Assembly: GCA_965261595.1 (NCBI GenBank)
Contig: CBDHDG010000004.1
Span: 448,001 to 512,000 of the forward strand
Length of the DNA: 64,000 nucleotides
Reading direction: 5' to 3'
From: a bacterium
GTDB taxonomy: Bacteria > UBA8248 > JACPRG01 > G963555815
Below the pieces are notes generated by a model, which was given only the letters and a program-made list of their open reading frames with translations, was not told the origin of the DNA and did not search any database. The first letter of the stretch is position 1. Every line of letters starts with the position of its first letter. Made by a program: the position numbers and the translations under genes. Positions 20,325 through 30,741 of the stretch are shown piece by piece.

Positions 20325-21512
20325 TTACGCTGAACGGTGGATCCGGCTCGCCAGGGTCGACTCGGCGATGACCCTTCCCTGCCGGACGACCCAGAGCCGG
20401 GGAGGATGGAGACGAACCGCCTGGGCGGGGGTTTCGCAATCGATGACGACCAGGTCCGCCGCGCCGCCCTCCCGAATGCCGTAGTCGTCGAGACCCCAGA
20501 TTTTCGCCGAGTTGAACGTGGGCATTCGGAACACGGATTCAATCTCGTCCGGGAGAGAAAGATGCGCCACATGGGCGGTCAGGAGGGCGACCTCCAGGAG
20601 GTCCGCCGTCCCGAACGGATAAAACCCGTCATAGACGCAATCCTGGCCGAACGCCACGTTGATCCCGGCCGCCATGAGCGCTTTCACCCGCGTGACGCCC
20701 CGGCGGATGAGACCCCGGTCCCCCCTGCCTTGAACCACCAGGTTCGTGGCGGGATTGGTGATCATGTGGATGCCCGCCCGCTTCACCCGCCGGATGACCT
20801 CCGCCGCGTAATCCTCCGGGTAAGCGGCGAGGGCGCACGTGTTTCCGGCGGTGACCCGGCCTTGATAATCCTCGTTGAGCGTCTTGTCCGCCAAGACTTC
20901 CAGGGACCGGATGGCCGGGTCGTCGGTCTCATCCACGTGCATGTCGATGTCGGCGTCGAAATGCTTCGCGATGCGGAACGCGATGTCGATGTGCTTTGCC
21001 CAGTCCTCCGGCCGCTTCTCATGGTGCGGCATGCCCCCCACCAGGTCGGCCCCCATGTCCATCGCTTGCCAGAGCAGGTCTTCCGTTCCCGGGTCCCGCA
21101 GGATGCCTTCTTGGGGAAACGCGATAATCTGCAAGTCCACGAGATCGGCGTAGCGCCGTTTGACCTCCAGCAGCCCTTCCACGGCCCGGAGACCGACAAT
21201 GGTGTCCACATCGGCGTGCGTGCGGAGCCGAGTCGTTCCGTTCCGAACGGCCATCTCAATCGTCCGGCCGGCCCGTGCGACGATGTCCTCCACCGTGTAC
21301 CGGCGCTTTCGCTCCCAGATGACCTCGATGCCGCCCATGAGCGTCCCCGTCCGGTTGGGCGGAATATCGCCCGCGTCGATCTCCTGGTCCGCCCGTTCCG
21401 GGATGTCGTGCGCGATTCGGGCGATGCGGTCCGCTGCGATCGCGATGTCAACCGGAACGTCCGCATCCACCCCGACCGGCCGCGCGTTACGGATTATCAG
21501 ATCCAAACCCAA
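20325..21512 (-). CDS. Cytosine deaminase-like amidohydrolase lacking the N-terminal HxH motif (in-frame deletion; possibly inactive)
   Basis: AFPQEG, GGMPH, HVDETDD, RRGVTRV and GQD are present, but IDAG is joined directly to DIPPNRTGTL. Confidence 0.8.
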   Translation of the reverse strand: MGLDLIIRNARPVGVDADVPVDIAIAADRIARIAHDIPERADQEIDAGDIPPNRTGTLMGGIEVIWERKRRYTVEDIVARAGRTIEMAVRNGTTRLRTHADVDTIVGLRAVEGLLEVKRRYADLVDLQIIAFPQEGILRDPGTEDLLWQAMDMGADLVGGMPHHEKRPEDWAKHIDIAFRIAKHFDADIDMHVDETDDPAIRSLEVLADKTLNEDYQGRVTAGNTCALAAYPEDYAAEVIRRVKRAGIHMITNPATNLVVQGRGDRGLIRRGVTRVKALMAAGINVAFGQDCVYDGFYPFGTADLLEVALLTAHVAHLSLPDEIESVFRMPTFNSAKIWGLDDYGIREGGAADLVVIDCETPAQAVRLHPPRLWVVRQGRVIAESTLASRIHRSA

Positions 21513-22020
21513 CTCCTCTACGCTTCACTTTTTCACCCGCTTGGGCGCGTGTCTCCGTGCCGCAGGCCGGGGGAAATCATCCGCCCGCCAAACGCCCGGA
21601 CCTTCCGGGGGATCTCCCCCATGTCCACCGTCGTCGGCCGGTCATCGTCGATCCGTGGAACCCGATCTTCAGGGCCGCATCGGCCGCTCCCCCATACCCC
21701 GAGGTTCTCCGGAAAGCTTGTTGGCGCCCGCCGGGGCAATCATTTCATGCATGTTCCCAGTCACCCATGACGGCGGGTCGCGTCATCATCCGCCAACTTG
21801 CGCTTGAGATCCATCGTTCGCCTGGTGATCGTTCCAGGCTTCCTTTGGTCCGGGAACTGGGTTAAAATGATGGCCCTGGAAGTCGATTCCTCATTTTGAC
21901 ACAAGGCCCTTCATCCCAGATATCCCATATGGATCATAACTTTTGTCGGACCGGAGGACATTTTCTGGAGTAAAATCAATGCATGAGCCTCCCCGAGCCA
22001 TCCTCTCGCGGGGTAATCCA

Positions 22021-22286
22021 ATGGGTGAAGCGAAAAAGTGGGCGTTGAAGGTCCGTTTTGAGCGTCGGCTGAGGCTTGAGTTTCACGGAACCAGAATGAC
22101 TTCGGATGCGGGATTGCTGGCCTGCCGAGAGGGATCAAGCACTGGTCGTTACGCGGCCTTCAGCTTAAGCTCCTCAAAATGGGCGGCCGGCTCGTGCGGT
22201 ACGCCCGCCACATCACCTTCCAGTTGGCCGAGGTCGGTGTATCCAGGAAGACATTTGCCCTTATCTTGGAGAGAATCAAGCGATGA
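22021..22286 (+). pseudogene. Internally deleted IS1380 transposase (N-terminal ~37 aa joined to C-terminal ~51 aa)
   Basis: [17 protein letters not shown], then out-of-frame GIKHWSLRGLQLKLLKMGGRLVRYARHITFQLAEV..ILERIKR*, homologous to both ends of the adjacent full transposase. Confidence 0.85.
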
Positions 22287-22445
22287 TGCCCGGTGCCTGT
22301 CTAGCGACCCTAAGCGGAGTCCACACAAGGGCAAAATGACGAAGACTCCAAACCTGGTGGTCAAGCCCGTTTACACGCCGGCGCTGACATGGTTTTCCAA
22401 TGGCGGATACCGCTCCGATCAGGGTTTCAGGCGCCCGAAATGGTG

Positions 22446-22474
22446 TTGACAGCCCCGGTAAAGAGGGCTCTAAT
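22446..22474 (+). promoter_or_regulatory. Possible outward-reading sigma70-like promoter in the mini-IS1380 right region
   Basis: TTGACA-N17-TCTAAT. Confidence 0.35.
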
Positions 22475-22523
22475 TGAGTTAAAGAGCAACGGGTGGTCAA
22501 TACAAGAGTTGTCTTGATTTAAA

Positions 22524-24220
22524 CCGGGATTTCCCAGATGACCACTCTTAGCCATCCTGTGGTCCTCCTGTGTCATCAAAGTACCCCATTTTACTACAGA
22601 TTCAGGGTCTCTTTGCAGAACCCTCTGCTCAATCGAGGGGCAACGGCCGTCCTAAAGCCGCAATCCCTTGAAAACCCAGCTCTACCGGCACACTCAGGGG
22701 AGTTCGGCACAGACTGATCCCCCGTCTCCACCACGTCACTAAGCTTCCGGGCCATCTGCTCCGTCATCCGGTATCTGGTACGGGAGGCGGTAACCACAAC
22801 CGTCGAATTCGTTCAAGGATTGCCCTGAACAGTTGACGCGGCACGGCCACCTCGGCCATCTGGAAGGTGGTGTGCCGGGCGTGGGTGACCACCTTGGCCC
22901 CAATCTTAATCAGCTTCTCGCGTAACGTCGTCAGCGACCAGTGCTTCACCGCTCTGGGCAACGCCAGCCGCCGCAGGAAGTTTGCCAGGTTGTACGCCAA
23001 GGCAAATAGTTGCAAGCGAACCTGGTTCTCTTCAAAGCCGTGGCAGGACAGGCGCGTCCAGTTCAGGGCGTACTTGCCCTCCTTGATCCACTGCTCCGCC
23101 GTCCCACGCTGGTTGTAGAACCTCACGACGTTCTCTTCCCGCCAGTGCAGGTTGGTCACGATGAAGCTGACTCTTGGAAACAACTCGCCCTGGTGCCACT
23201 CGACCGCCACCACCACCCGGCGAGGCTTCTCCCAACTAGCCGCCTGATAGGGGAGACGCTGTGGTAGAAGATAATGGGCCTTTTGGGCGGTCGGCCAACC
23301 GGCCGGGTCAGAAGGCATTCGATGTCCCTGTACAAGATGGCGTTGGCCGGAAGCCGAATCGCATAGGAGTAGCCCTCCGCCTCAAGGTATCGGTACACCT
23401 CCGGCTTGGCAAATGCCGCGTCGCCTCGAAAAAACCGACAGACCTTCGCATCCCGGTAGCGAGCTACCACCGGCTCCAATACAGACCACCAGTCATCAGC
23501 GCTGTGGACCTTGCCGTTGCGCAACAGCGCCCGCTCCAGATCGCCAAACTGGTTGAAGCAAAACAGTGGGTGATAGCAGGTGCAGCCGAAGTGGCCGTTG
23601 TAGGAAGAGCCTTCCTGCTCACCGTGGGTCGGGCTGACCGAACTGTCCATGTCCAGGATCAGCTTGCGAATCGGCTTGCGTTTGCGGACACGATCCACCA
23701 ACACACCGGGCAGACCGCTCAGCGCCTTGAGGGGTTAAGGGGCCGGGTGAGGGTCTGCGTCTCGAATCGGCTCATCTGGCTGGTGGAGGCAGCGGTGTGA
23801 TACTTCGCTCGCCCCCCAACCACCTGACGCATGGCGGGATCGACACAGAGCCGCTCGGCATCATTGGTGTCTTTATATCCTGCCAGGCGGCTGTAGACCG
23901 ACTGGCGCACCAAAGCGGTGAGGCTGTGCCGGGTGTTCCCGCCCGTCCGTGAATCGGACAGAAACCCCTCGGCCGCCTTCGTCAGCCCCAACACCTCATC
24001 CAGTTCACGATAGGCAAGCAAACCGGCGTCACTCGTAACCTTTGCTCCGTGAAACTCCAGCATGAGCCGACCGTCGAATTGGAGCCTCAACGGCCTCTTT
24101 TTCGCTTCACCCATCGGGTCCCCTCGCAAGATGATGGCAGGGAGAGGCCAACACCTTGATTTTACACGAGAAAACGGCCTTCGGGGCGTTAAAAATTATC
24201 ATCCATATGGGAAATGCGGG
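22524..24220 (-). mobile_element. IS1380-family insertion sequence (~1.7 kb)
   Basis: Imperfect IRs CCGGGATTTCCCAGATG (22524) and CCCGCATTTCCCATATG (24220, reverse complement) enclose a DDE transposase. Confidence 0.9.
22764..24114 (-). pseudogene. IS1380 transposase with two frameshifts (~23733 and ~23253)
   Basis: TSDAGLL, LDMDSS, FRGDAAF and YNQRGTAEQWIKEGK are spread over three frames; both breaks lie at C4 runs. Confidence 0.9.
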
Positions 24221-24224
24221 TTCA

Positions 24225-26141
24225 TTGTCGTCCACTTTGAAAATCCGCGGGAGCAAGGACGCCCTTTACTCGCTCGCGCTCCTGGCCATCGGGCTCCTTC
24301 TCCTCATGGCGCCGGTGGGAGACGCGCCCGACCTGCCAATTAAAGAGGCCCGGGTCGTCTTCATGCAGAATACGCCGGTTATTTTATGGCTGGCGGTCTG
24401 GTGGGCGTCCGTGCTGCTCTACCTGCGGCTGGCCTTCGGCCGGGAGGATTTCAAGAAAAGCCTGGGTCCGGGCGTCCGGACCGGACTCATCTTCCACCTG
24501 GGACTTCTTCTTCTGGATTTCCTCGGCGACATGGGCGGGGGGCGGATCAGTCTGAGCCGGCCCTTCATCGTATACCTTCACCTTGTGACGTCGGTGGGGT
24601 TCGGCGCCATTGCCTGGTGGGTGTCCGGCCACTGGACGGTGAGACCGGACGACCGGGTGACAAAAAGAGGTGAAATCGAGAGCCACCTTTGCACCCTACT
24701 GGCGCTTCTTCTGGTTTGGTCCCTGTTGCAAACGCTTTGGACGCGGCAGTTTCTCCTCTTCGGCGTTCTCCTGATCATCTACGCCGCGTTCTGGAAAGGA
24801 GGCACGGCCGCCTCGGTCCTGCTGGAGCGCCGTTACCGGCTCATCGCCGCCCGGTTTTCTGGCGAGACGGCCTTCTTGGTCTCGCTTTTCCTCATCTCCC
24901 TGCTCTCATTGTTTCTCATTGTCTACCAAGTCACCAATGGGTTCACGCAATTCTACGAATATTTCTACGGGGTTTATTTGAATTGGGCCCGGGACCTGCT
25001 GGCGGGCCGGCCGGTCCTCTCGGGTGAGGCGACGGGATATTGTGTCTTCGTGGCGGGGGTCTTCCGGCTCTTCGGCGAAAGTAAGGTCGCCCTTCAGATC
25101 GTTCAGATCGTCATCAACGCGTCTATCCCGCTGCTCGGTTACTTCGTGGCGAGAAGGCTTGCGCCGAAGGCGGTGGCGCGTCTGGCCGCGCTGCTATTGA
25201 CCTTCAATTTCATCCACCAGTGGGACGCCGTGAATTTCCACTGGTCCATCCTTGTGACCTTTTACTCGCTGGCGGCTATCGCCGCCTTTCTCGGCTTCAG
25301 CGAGTCCAGCCGGAAAAGCCGTTGGATCTACCTGGCGATCTCGGGTCTCGCCTTCGGTCTTCTGGTGGCCGTGCGTACTGAGAACGCCTTGTTTATCCCC
25401 GTCTTCCTCTGGTGGCATTGGAGGAGAAGGCGCCGCGAACCCGAGGGCGCCCGCCTCTTGATCGGAACGCCCAAGGTTGCAATGGCTGTGATCCTCCTGG
25501 CCTTGCTGAGCGGCGCGCCATTCGCCGCTGTCAACTACCTCAACATGGGGACGTTCTATCCCGTCAGCAACGAGGGCGGAAAGGTGGGCTCGCAGTACGC
25601 CCTTCAGGACATCTGGAGCCAGTATTACTACTACGTCCTGCCGGGGGGAGAGAACCCCATTCAGGAGCCCGCAAGGGCCTGGAGGGCGATCAAGAAAGAC
25701 CCGCTGGGGTTTATCGGCCGTCTGTTCGTCAAAGGGGGACAAGAAACCCCGTGGCCGGGGGGAAGCATCGTGCAGAGACTGCAAAACGGCATCGCCATCC
25801 TGTTTTCAACCGCTCAATGGTCGTACTTCGACTTTTTTTACTTCAAAATGCTCAGCCGATGGCATCTGTATCTGAACTTCTACGCCGCCCTTCTCGCCTC
25901 GGCGGGAATCTGGGCTTTGATGAAGGATGCGCGCCCCCACCCATTCTGGAGGGCCGTCAACGTCTACCTCATCGCGCGCTATTTCATGCACGTCTTCCTC
26001 ACGAACCACCCCGAAGGCGCCTACCGGTATGCAAGCCCGTTCCTTCCTTTCGTCTCGATCTACGTCGCCCTGGGAATCTGGATAATCTGGAGGGCCGAGT
26101 GGCCCCGATCTACGCGGCCGGTGCGGCCGGCCGCCGGTTGA
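24225..26141 (+). CDS. Polytopic membrane glycosyltransferase (GT-C / PMT-ArnT-like)
   Basis: Many TM helices, GYCVFVAGVFRLFG, AVRTEN, YRY..PF.PF; start uncertain because the IS unit abuts the 5' end. Confidence 0.65.
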   Translation: MSSTLKIRGSKDALYSLALLAIGLLLLMAPVGDAPDLPIKEARVVFMQNTPVILWLAVWWASVLLYLRLAFGREDFKKSLGPGVRTGLIFHLGLLLLDFLGDMGGGRISLSRPFIVYLHLVTSVGFGAIAWWVSGHWTVRPDDRVTKRGEIESHLCTLLALLLVWSLLQTLWTRQFLLFGVLLIIYAAFWKGGTAASVLLERRYRLIAARFSGETAFLVSLFLISLLSLFLIVYQVTNGFTQFYEYFYGVYLNWARDLLAGRPVLSGEATGYCVFVAGVFRLFGESKVALQIVQIVINASIPLLGYFVARRLAPKAVARLAALLLTFNFIHQWDAVNFHWSILVTFYSLAAIAAFLGFSESSRKSRWIYLAISGLAFGLLVAVRTENALFIPVFLWWHWRRRRREPEGARLLIGTPKVAMAVILLALLSGAPFAAVNYLNMGTFYPVSNEGGKVGSQYALQDIWSQYYYYVLPGGENPIQEPARAWRAIKKDPLGFIGRLFVKGGQETPWPGGSIVQRLQNGIAILFSTAQWSYFDFFYFKMLSRWHLYLNFYAALLASAGIWALMKDARPHPFWRAVNVYLIARYFMHVFLTNHPEGAYRYASPFLPFVSIYVALGIWIIWRAEWPRSTRPVRPAAG

Positions 26142-26226
26142 AGCGGGCCCGGGCCTCCGCCGGTATGAAAGGGTCAGAATGAAAGAAGGCCGGAATCTCC
26201 TCTTTGTGAGAAATGTGGGTTAAACA

Positions 26227-27477
26227 GTGAAATCGCGCAGGTTGTTGAAGAACACCCGATCGCCTGAGTGGGACTCCCCCCGCGACATTCTCATCGAGGG
26301 AGGGAAGATCGCCCGGATCGGCGAGGGGCTGGACGTCGAAGCCGAATCGACCATCGACGTGGACGGCCGGGCCGTCGTTCCAGGCTTCGTGGAGGCCCAC
26401 ACGCACATCGACAAGGCGTACACCCTCCACCTCTGCGACAACGCGGCTGGGACGTTGGACGGCGCAATCCGGGAAATGTACAAGGTCAAGGAAACCGCGA
26501 CCGTCGATGAGATTTATGGCCGAGCCGAAGCCTGCCTGCTCAATTTCATCTCCCACGGGGCGACAACCGTCCGGACGCACATCGACGTGGACCACTCCAT
26601 CGACCTCCGGGGGATGGAGGCGCTCGTCCGGCTCCGAGACCGTTACCGGGAGAAGGTCACGCTCCAGCTCGTCCCCCTGGCCCGAAGCGCCCCGGGGGCG
26701 GCAGACGAGTCGGCTTACCGAAAATATCTGAGGGAAGCCGTGTCCATGGGCGCGGACGCGGTCGGCGGGGTCCCCACCATATTGGTCAACATGGCGGCCT
26801 ACCTCGAGATCGCCTTCGAGACGGCGGCGGAGTTCGATCTTCCCGTCGATCTCCACGTAGACGAATCCGACAACCCCGATGACCTCGTCCTCGAACAGCT
26901 CGCGGAGAAGACCATCGCCCGGGGGTGGCAAGGGCGGGTCGTGGCGGGACATTGCTGCTCCCTCGCGGCGGTGGACGACGCGACGGCAGCGCGGGTCATC
27001 GACAATGTGGCCGAGGCCGGGATCTCCATCATCACCCTCCCGCTCTGCAACCTCTACCTCCAGGGCCGGGGCGACGCCCAGCCCGTCCGACGTGGGATCA
27101 CGCGCGTCAAAGAGCTTCTGGACGCGGGGGTCAACGTGTTCTGCGCCTCCGATAACGTACAGGACGCCTTCGGTCCCTATGGACGCGCGGACACGCTGGA
27201 GGCCGCCTGGCTCACCGGATTGGCGGCTCATCTGAACGAGTCGTTCAGGCCAACGCTCTTGGACATGGTGACGGGGAGACCGGCGAAGGCTCTGGGTCTC
27301 GGAGACGGGTACGGGCTTCGGGAGGGCGCGGCGGCGGACCTTGTGGTGATGGCGTCGGAGTCGCCCGGGACCGTTGTGGTCGAGCGCCCCGAGCGGCTGG
27401 CGGTGTTCCGTTCCGGAAAGGTGGTTTGGGCGGGCGCCGGGGCGGAGGCCTTGGGAATCGACGGGCCGGAGGTCTAA
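26227..27477 (+). CDS. Cytosine/creatinine deaminase-like amidohydrolase
   Basis: PGFVEAHTHIDK, RTHID, HVDE, AGHCCSL, RRGITRV, ASDN. Confidence 0.9.
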   Translation: MKSRRLLKNTRSPEWDSPRDILIEGGKIARIGEGLDVEAESTIDVDGRAVVPGFVEAHTHIDKAYTLHLCDNAAGTLDGAIREMYKVKETATVDEIYGRAEACLLNFISHGATTVRTHIDVDHSIDLRGMEALVRLRDRYREKVTLQLVPLARSAPGAADESAYRKYLREAVSMGADAVGGVPTILVNMAAYLEIAFETAAEFDLPVDLHVDESDNPDDLVLEQLAEKTIARGWQGRVVAGHCCSLAAVDDATAARVIDNVAEAGISIITLPLCNLYLQGRGDAQPVRRGITRVKELLDAGVNVFCASDNVQDAFGPYGRADTLEAAWLTGLAAHLNESFRPTLLDMVTGRPAKALGLGDGYGLREGAAADLVVMASESPGTVVVERPERLAVFRSGKVVWAGAGAEALGIDGPEV

Positions 27478-27674
27478 TGAGGAAGGCCTAAATCATGTCC
27501 TACACGGAGCGACTCAACAAAAACCGGGAGAGGTCCCCGACACTTCAGGGGCGGGTGCGGAATCACGCCCCTACCCGCGATTCCGCAATAAATATGAGGG
27601 GCCGGGCGCGAGTCGGTTGACTCCTGCACCGGCCTCATCACACGCCCGCGTTGATCCCCAAGACCCACGGGGGC

Positions 27675-30503
27675 TTACGGGGAGACCGGCTCGGCGGCCG
27701 CTTCCAGGGCCGTCTTGACCTTTTCCTTCGTCGCGGGCAGGTCGTAGATCCACACGCCGCAGGCGTCGTAGATGGCGTTGATGATGGCGGGCGCCGTCGG
27801 GATGGTCGAGACCTCCCCGACCCCTTTCGCGCCGAAAGGCCCTTCGATCTCTGGGTCTTCGACCATGATCGTGACGATTTCGGGGATCCGGTCGAGCCCC
27901 GGCATGCCGCACTTCTTGAAGAGCTTGCTCTTGGGCCGGCCGGCCTTGACCACGTACTCCTCGCTCAGGGCGTAACCGATCCCCTGGACGACCCCGCCCT
28001 CGATTTGTCCACGGCAGGCGGCGGGATGGATGACGCGGCCTACGTCGTGCGCCGTCACCATGCGCTCCACCCGGACCTCGCCCGTCTCTTCGTTGACGCT
28101 CACCACGGCCGCCTGGGCGCCGTACCCGTATGTCACGTGCGTCTTGTAGTCTTTCTTGTCGAAAGATCCCCACGCGTCGGTTTCCGGCGGCACATAGAGG
28201 TTTTCGGCGTCGAACCGCCGGTCTCCGGCCCGGGTCTTGATCTCGGCGAGGCCCAGACAAAGCTCCGGCTTCATTTCGACAAAAACCTTCCCCCCTTCGA
28301 CCCGCAGGATCTCCGGCGGCACGTCCAGGAACTCCGCCGCCGCCCGCACGATCTGCTCTTTCACGTCCCGGGCGGCCCGGATGACGGCGTTTCCCGTCAC
28401 GAAGGTCTGTCTCGAAGCGGAGGACACGCCGCTGTCCGGGGTCTCGAAGGTGTCGCCGGTCAGGATGTCTACGTCTTCATACGCGACGCCGATCGTCTCG
28501 GCGGCGAACTGTCTCAGGATGGTGGTCATCCCCTGGCCGATCTCGGCGGCTCCGGCGCGGACCCACACCCGGCCGTCTTCTTCCAAAGAGACCCGCGCGC
28601 GGGATTTGTCCTCATCGCTGGCGTTGCCGAGCCCGACGTTCTTGTAAGCCAGGCCGATGCCGACGCCCCGCCGCCAGGGAGAACCGTTGGCGCTCTCGTT
28701 GCGGAGCTCCTCCCAGCCGACGGCCTCGGCGACTCGCCGGACACACTCCTTCAGGCCGACGCTGGAAGGCAAAAGCTGTCCCGCGCCCGTCCGCTTGCCG
28801 GCTTCGAGCGCGTTTCGCATGCGCAGATCGATCGGGTCCATGCCCAGGGCTTCGGCCACCTGGTCCAGGACCACTTCGATGGGATAGGCCGCCTGGGGGG
28901 TCCCGAAGCCGCGCATCGCGCCCCCGACGGGGTTGTTGGTGTACACCCCGATCACGTCCACCCGGACGTTGTCCACTTCATAAGGGCCGGCCGCGTGCGT
29001 CGCGGCCCGGGTGATGACGACGTCCCCCACCGAAGCGTACGCCCCGGTGTCGCTGATGTGCAGGGCGTCCACGGCAACGATCCGCCCGTCCCGCGTCGCT
29101 CCCACCTTGACGCGAGAGATGAAGGGATGGCGCTTGGTCGAGGCGAGGAGCGATTCCTCACGGCCGAGGACGTATTTGACCGGCCGTCCGGTATTCACGG
29201 TGAGAAGCGCGCAAATGATTTGCGGGAGAACGTCCTCCTTCCCCCCGAAGGCGCCGCCGCACTTGGGCATGACCACCCGCACCCGCCCGGTCTCCCACTG
29301 GAGCGCGGCGCAAACCTGGCTCTGGTCCGAGAACACGTTCTGCCCCGCGCACTCGACGACCAGGATGGGCCCCTCCCCCTCCCCTTCCGGGCCGTCCTCC
29401 AGGTGCGTGAGACACGCCTCGGGCTCGAGATAGCCGTGCTCGACGAAAGGCGTCGTGAACTCCCGTTCGATGACCACGTCGCACCCGGCGAAGGCCGCGT
29501 CCACGTCGCCCCGGTTGATCCACCGGCGGCTGACGATGTTTTTCCCGTACTCCTTGATGACCTGCCCTTCCGGGACCAGGTCTTGGACGTAGGGGGCGTC
29601 ATCCTTCAGGGCCTCGCGCGGGTCGAGGAGGGGCTCCAGGATCTCCCACTCGACGCGGATCTTCTTCAGGGCCGCTTGGGCGGCCTCGGCGGACTCGGCG
29701 GCGACCGCCGCCACCGCCTCCCCGACGCACCGGACCTTGCCCTCGGCGAAGACAGGCTGGTCGGGGGTCAGAAGGCCGAACCGGTTATGCGGAACATCGT
29801 CGGCCGTGATGACGGCGCGGACCCCCTCTAGGGCCTCGGCTTCGGCGGTGTCGATGGACAGAATTCGGGCGTGGGGCCGGGCGCTCCTGAGAACCGCGGC
29901 GTAGAGCATCCCATCCATATAGAGGTCGTCGGCGTAAATCGCCGCGCCGCAGGACTTGTCCAGGGCGTCGTCGCGCAAGAAAGAGCGGCCGATCACCCCG
30001 TTCCCGTCGAGACTGCTTTCAACGGGAGAGCCTTTTTCGGGATGGACGACCGAATCGATGGCTTCGAGGATCTGCCTGTACCCCGTGCAGCGGCAGACAT
30101 TTTCGCGCAGGGCTTCCCGAACGTCCGCCGCCGCGGGCTTGGGCTCTTTTTCCAGCAAACCGTAGGCCGAGACGATGAAGCCGGGAATGCAGAACCCGCA
30201 CTGGCAGGCCCCGTGCTCGGCGAAAGATCGCTGGAGGGGATGAGGATTCTCGGGCGATCCGATTCCCTCGATCGTGACCACCTCTCCGCCGTTGGCGATC
30301 CTCATGGTGGTCGTGCAGGAGTTCACGGCCTTTCCGTTCAGGATGACCCGGCAGGAGCCGCAATACCCCTGCGTACAGCCGTTCTTCGAGCCGATCAACC
30401 GGAGATCGTCCCGCAGGACGTCCATCAGAAGACGCTTGTCGCCCCCGAAAACGGCGACCTCTTTTCCGTTTACCTTGATGTGGAATTTTTTCGCGGGGTT
30501 CAT
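27675..30503 (-). CDS. Xanthine oxidase-family molybdoenzyme with fused N-terminal 2x[2Fe-2S] domain (aldehyde oxidoreductase/XDH-like)
   Basis: GCTQGYCGSC, QCGFC..CRC, GGAFGGK, MRGFG, GPFGAKGVGE. Confidence 0.92.
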   Translation of the reverse strand: MNPAKKFHIKVNGKEVAVFGGDKRLLMDVLRDDLRLIGSKNGCTQGYCGSCRVILNGKAVNSCTTTMRIANGGEVVTIEGIGSPENPHPLQRSFAEHGACQCGFCIPGFIVSAYGLLEKEPKPAAADVREALRENVCRCTGYRQILEAIDSVVHPEKGSPVESSLDGNGVIGRSFLRDDALDKSCGAAIYADDLYMDGMLYAAVLRSARPHARILSIDTAEAEALEGVRAVITADDVPHNRFGLLTPDQPVFAEGKVRCVGEAVAAVAAESAEAAQAALKKIRVEWEILEPLLDPREALKDDAPYVQDLVPEGQVIKEYGKNIVSRRWINRGDVDAAFAGCDVVIEREFTTPFVEHGYLEPEACLTHLEDGPEGEGEGPILVVECAGQNVFSDQSQVCAALQWETGRVRVVMPKCGGAFGGKEDVLPQIICALLTVNTGRPVKYVLGREESLLASTKRHPFISRVKVGATRDGRIVAVDALHISDTGAYASVGDVVITRAATHAAGPYEVDNVRVDVIGVYTNNPVGGAMRGFGTPQAAYPIEVVLDQVAEALGMDPIDLRMRNALEAGKRTGAGQLLPSSVGLKECVRRVAEAVGWEELRNESANGSPWRRGVGIGLAYKNVGLGNASDEDKSRARVSLEEDGRVWVRAGAAEIGQGMTTILRQFAAETIGVAYEDVDILTGDTFETPDSGVSSASRQTFVTGNAVIRAARDVKEQIVRAAAEFLDVPPEILRVEGGKVFVEMKPELCLGLAEIKTRAGDRRFDAENLYVPPETDAWGSFDKKDYKTHVTYGYGAQAAVVSVNEETGEVRVERMVTAHDVGRVIHPAACRGQIEGGVVQGIGYALSEEYVVKAGRPKSKLFKKCGMPGLDRIPEIVTIMVEDPEIEGPFGAKGVGEVSTIPTAPAIINAIYDACGVWIYDLPATKEKVKTALEAAAEPVSP

Positions 30504-30741
30504 TCGGACGAGATCCCCCCTGGGGCCGCGATGGGCCTAATTTTTGTTGATATCCGAGGCAGAGCTGGCCAACGCCCATTTTCTCCCCCCGAATCCATAC
30601 CTATTTTACGCCCAATCGGGGAAAAGTCGAATCACGCAGACGGGAACGGCCGCCCCGACAGGTCATGCCGAGCGTCGGGATAGATCCGCACCACCGGAAG
30701 CGCATCCGGGGGCAAACCGCATGAATGGAAAGAATTGCGGG

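Larger units (their letters stand above)
21915..24220. mobile_element. Composite IS1380 unit (mini-IS on + plus full IS on -) bounded by two IRLs; 5-bp TSD TTCAT
   Basis: TTCAT at 21910-21914 and 24221-24225. Termini read CCCAGATATCCCATATGGAT and (reverse complement) CCCGCATTTCCCATATGGAT. Confidence 0.8.

Noticed and set aside
196..21914. Composite transposon formed by the two mini-IS1380 ends
   Set aside because: Inner flanks (TAAAA, TTCAT) do not pair with each other, and TTCAT is explained by the 21915-24220 unit.
27651..29831. Long antisense ORFs (726 aa here, also 36478-38229, 38914-40740, 20337-21770)
   Set aside because: Opposite-strand shadows of well-supported genes, expected from high GC at third codon positions.
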